A stretch of DNA of 24,000 nucleotides. Source: Candidatus Woesearchaeota archaeon (GTDB lineage: Archaea; Nanobdellota; Nanobdellia; Woesearchaeales; JABIAG01). Position 1 is the first letter of the stretch, and each line of letters begins with the position of its first letter. Positions 21,637 through 24,000 of this stretch are shown here, one piece after another. The stretch spans positions 210,526 through 234,525 of the forward strand of contig JABIAG010000001.1 of NCBI GenBank assembly GCA_018653365.1. The letters run 5' to 3'. Position numbers and translations under genes: made by a program. The notes beneath the pieces are model-generated. The model saw only the letters and a list, made by a program, of their open reading frames with translations, made no database searches and was not told where the DNA came from.

Positions 21637-22101
21637 ATGACTGATAGATATGTGTGTGGACAAAGAAAAATACCTGAACAAATGCCGGTGAGACCTTTAC
21701 GAAGTAAAAGAGCGCTGGTTGTAGATGATGATAGTTCTGTTGCAAGAGTAATAAAACAATTATTAGAAAGAGAGCATTACAGTGTTACTTTACGAACTTC
21801 AGTAGGGAGTGGCATTGCTGCCATAAAAATGGGATTAATACCTGATTTGGCAGTAATTGATGTTTTGTTTCCTAATGCTAGTGGAAGAGAATATCCCGGA
21901 GGAGTTGATGTTTATCGAGCATTAAGAGAACGAAGTCATAACACCCCTGTTGTATTTATGACTGGTGCTTATGATGAAGAGCGCTTTGCTGATGTTGATG
22001 ACGCGATAACTACAAATTGTGCAGTACTTGTACAAAAACCATTAATACAATTAGGTCTTCACAGAGCAATAAGAAATGCTTATGCTAAAGCCGGAAAATA
22101 A
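21637..22101 (+). CDS. stand-alone response-regulator receiver (CheY-like REC) domain protein
   Basis: RALVVDDD (acidic pocket), DLAVIDVLFP (phospho-acceptor Asp), VVFMTG (Thr) and LVQKP (Lys). AGAGGT lies upstream. The track ORF starts at GTG 21631; ATG 21637 is preferred. Confidence 0.75.
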   Translation: MTDRYVCGQRKIPEQMPVRPLRSKRALVVDDDSSVARVIKQLLEREHYSVTLRTSVGSGIAAIKMGLIPDLAVIDVLFPNASGREYPGGVDVYRALRERSHNTPVVFMTGAYDEERFADVDDAITTNCAVLVQKPLIQLGLHRAIRNAYAKAGK

Positions 22102-22120
22102 TTTCTTTTTTTTTCTTAAA

Positions 22121-22130
22121 CTTTATATAG
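22121..22130 (+). promoter_or_regulatory. TATA-like box CTTTATATAG for tRNA-Arg(TCG)
   Basis: It is centred about 28 bp upstream of the tRNA 5' end at 22154. Confidence 0.45.
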
Positions 22131-22153
22131 AGTTATGGATTAGTTTTGTTTAT

Positions 22154-22243
22154 GGGCCTGTAGCATAATCTGGATAGTGCGGCTGGCTTCGGTTTTTTCC
22201 GAGATGAAACCAGTTGATCGGGGTTCAAATCCTCGCAGGCTCA
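22154..22243 (+). tRNA. tRNA-Arg (anticodon TCG) with a 16-nt intron at 37/38 (22193-22208)
   Basis: Acceptor GGGCCTG/CAGGCTC plus A. D arm GCAT-AATCTGGATA-GTGC. Anticodon stem GCTGG/CCAGT with loop CT-TCG-G[intron]A. T arm CGGGG-TTCAAAT-CCTCG. The intron's CCGAG pairs with the anticodon-loop CTTCGG. Confidence 0.85.
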
Positions 22244-22287
22244 TATTCTAATTATCTTTATAAATGAACTAATATTATTAGTTAAAT

Positions 22288-22581
22288 ATGGCTGATAAAC
22301 GAAGATTGTTAATGACTTTGGATAGAATGGCTGTTTTGTCTCATTCTTTAGCTAATGGTGGATTTGGAGAAGCAATATCTGAATTAGAAGACGAAGTACT
22401 TCCTAAACTATGGGGGTTAGCAGCAAAACAAGGTGAAACTTTTGACTTTTTTGTTGACGGACCATCTGTGACTGCATTCGCATTAGAATATAAAACAGCA
22501 GTGAATGCTGGAGATTTTGCTGGTGCACAAGCTTCTGTAATAGATTACAAAGAATTTGCAGAGCGCGCTGCTATCGAGTAA
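22288..22581 (+). CDS. hypothetical protein
   Basis: 97-aa ORF, Ala/Gly-rich and Lys-poor compared with its neighbours. I recognised no motif. Confidence 0.5.
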   Translation: MADKRRLLMTLDRMAVLSHSLANGGFGEAISELEDEVLPKLWGLAAKQGETFDFFVDGPSVTAFALEYKTAVNAGDFAGAQASVIDYKEFAERAAIE

Positions 22582-22660
22582 TAGAATAATGCATTTCCGA
22601 AAGCTTTATAAATATGTTACTACTTTTTAACTGTATAACCTGATTCTAAAGGTGGACTAA

Positions 22661-23299
22661 ATGGACGAAAATCAATTAAAAACTGGAACTACCACAGTGG
22701 CTTTAGTTTGTTCGGATGGTATTGTAATGGGAGCAGACCGAAGAGCAACAACTGGTAATTATATTGCCATAAAGCACGCAGATAAAGTATTTCAGGTATC
22801 AGATAATATGGCGCTAACCTTAGCAGGAAGCGTAGCAGACGCACAATTATTAGTAAAACTAATCAAGGCTGAAATTCAGCTAAAAAAATTAAGAACACAC
22901 CGAGACGTAACTGTAAAAGAGGGTGCAAATTTATTGGGAGGACTAGTTTATAGAAATATAAGACAACCCTCAATGTTACCTGGAGTAACACACTTCTTAC
23001 TAGGTGGAAAAGATAAAGAAGGATTTCATTTATACGATTTATTCGCAGACGGTTCTGTAGACGAAATAAAAGATTTTGTTTGTTCAGGAAGCGGAAGCGT
23101 AATTACCTGGGGAGTACTAGAAACAATGTACAAACCAGACATTAATGTTGAAGACGCAAAAAAATTAGTAGCGAAATCAATAAATGCAGCAATACAAAGA
23201 GATTCTGCATCCGGTGGAGGAATAACAATATTCTCAATAACCGAGAAAGGAGTAGAAAAAGTAGTTGACAAAAATTCAAGTATTGATGTAAATCTTTAA
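22661..23299 (+). CDS. psmB: proteasome subunit beta (20S core, with propeptide)
   Basis: MDENQLKTG/TTTVALVCSDGIVMGADRRAT carries the Thr1 active-site context after a short propeptide. The GSGS motif is present. AAGGTGG lies upstream of the ATG. Confidence 0.9.
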   Translation: MDENQLKTGTTTVALVCSDGIVMGADRRATTGNYIAIKHADKVFQVSDNMALTLAGSVADAQLLVKLIKAEIQLKKLRTHRDVTVKEGANLLGGLVYRNIRQPSMLPGVTHFLLGGKDKEGFHLYDLFADGSVDEIKDFVCSGSGSVITWGVLETMYKPDINVEDAKKLVAKSINAAIQRDSASGGGITIFSITEKGVEKVVDKNSSIDVNL

Positions 23300-23366
23300 A
23301 GTTTTATTTTCAAATCTAAAAAAGCTCAGAAGTAAAACTTCTAGCACAACTAACTCATCGTTAAAA

Positions 23367-24000
23367 ATGGATATATTAAAGGAAATACTGAAATTAATAC
23401 CAAATTCTGAAAGATTAATCTCAGACGCAGGATTCGAGGGAGCCAACATAGTGCTCTACACGAAAGATAAAGACTTTTTTCTAGATAATGGAGGAGTAAT
23501 TAAGGACTTAGTTAACGAATTTAAAAAACGAATTGAGCTACGCTATGATCCTTCAATGGTTCTAGATATGGAAAAAGCAGAAATCGAAATAAATAAAATA
23601 TTACCTGAAGAAGCAAAAGCAGATCAAGTAACATTCGATCCACAAAGATCACAAGTAATAATTGAAACAGAAAAACCAGGAACAGCAATAGGAAAACAAG
23701 GAATGCTTTTAAAAGAAATTAAAAAAGCAACCGGTTGGACTCCACTAATAAAAAGAACACCCACTATTCGATGCGAATTAATCGAAAATGTACGAGGAGT
23801 ATTATACCAAAATTCTGATTATCGTCGAAAATTTTTAGACAAAGTAGGTCATAGAGTATATGACGGCTGGGTTCGAGGTAAAAAAGAGGAATGGATTAGA
23901 ATTAGTCAATTAGGAGCAGGAAGACAGGTAGGACGAAGCTGTTTATTCTTACAAACTCCTGAATCAAGAGTATTATTAGATTGTGGGATAGACCCTGCAG
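23367..24000 (+). CDS. aCPSF1-type KH-domain / metallo-beta-lactamase beta-CASP ribonuclease, 3' end cut by window edge
   Basis: Absent from the ORF track because it runs off the window. My translation gives MDILKEILKLIPNSERLISDAGFEGANIVLYTKDKDFF...ETEKPGTAIGKQGMLLKEIKKATGWTP (two KH-like modules), then ISQLGAGRQVGRSCLFLQTPESRVLLDCGIDPA (start of the MBL domain). Confidence 0.85.
   Translation, partial: MDILKEILKLIPNSERLISDAGFEGANIVLYTKDKDFFLDNGGVIKDLVNEFKKRIELRYDPSMVLDMEKAEIEINKILPEEAKADQVTFDPQRSQVIIETEKPGTAIGKQGMLLKEIKKATGWTPLIKRTPTIRCELIENVRGVLYQNSDYRRKFLDKVGHRVYDGWVRGKKEEWIRISQLGAGRQVGRSCLFLQTPESRVLLDCGIDPA

Noticed and set aside
23328-23342. Hairpin AGAAGT-AAA-ACTTCT between psmB and the aCPSF1 gene
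   Set aside because: It is a 6-bp stem in AT-rich intergenic DNA with no adjacent oligo-T run on the plus strand. It is too weak to call a terminator or regulatory RNA.

Overview
This is an AT-rich archaeal chromosomal window. Hand-counted 120-nt samples run from about 20% to 42% G+C. The archaeal assignment rests on three intron-containing tRNA genes, an archaeal/eukaryotic-type GluRS, proteasome beta, an aCPSF1 KH/beta-CASP nuclease, a TrmB regulator and an A24 prepilin/preflagellin peptidase. Small compact genes, Shine-Dalgarno-like GGAGGT/GAGGT sites and a bacterial-type AspRS suggest a DPANN-like lineage, but that is inference only. I call about 30 protein genes, 5 tRNAs (Ala-GGC, Met-CAT, Arg-GCG, Ser-CGA, Arg-TCG) and one orphan tRNA-Ser 3' fragment. 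I saw no CRISPR array, rRNA, integrase or transposase. The most interesting region is 15.7-19.7 kb. It holds a very AT-rich four-gene overlapping operon on the minus strand: a small winged-helix protein, a 225-aa Lys/Arg-rich protein, a ParA/MinD ATPase and a Lys-rich membrane protein. GAAGGTT repeats lie upstream of it. Beside it are an N-terminally truncated radical-SAM C-terminal ORF, a higher-GC orphan gene, and a tRNA-Ser followed by a tandem tRNA-Ser 3' remnant. This looks like an uncharacterised three-component (AspA/ParB/ParA-like) segregation cassette, or the remains of an integrated plasmid. Other points worth a second look:
- Two tandem HIT-fold paralogs both lack the nucleophilic histidine and sit in an apparent operon with GluRS and a J-domain protein.
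- A UppS-like gene has eroded catalytic motifs.
- The tRNA-Ala has non-canonical D- and T-loops.
- A perfect peptide repeat is encoded with synonymous recoding.
All functional calls come from reading motifs by eye; no database search was possible.
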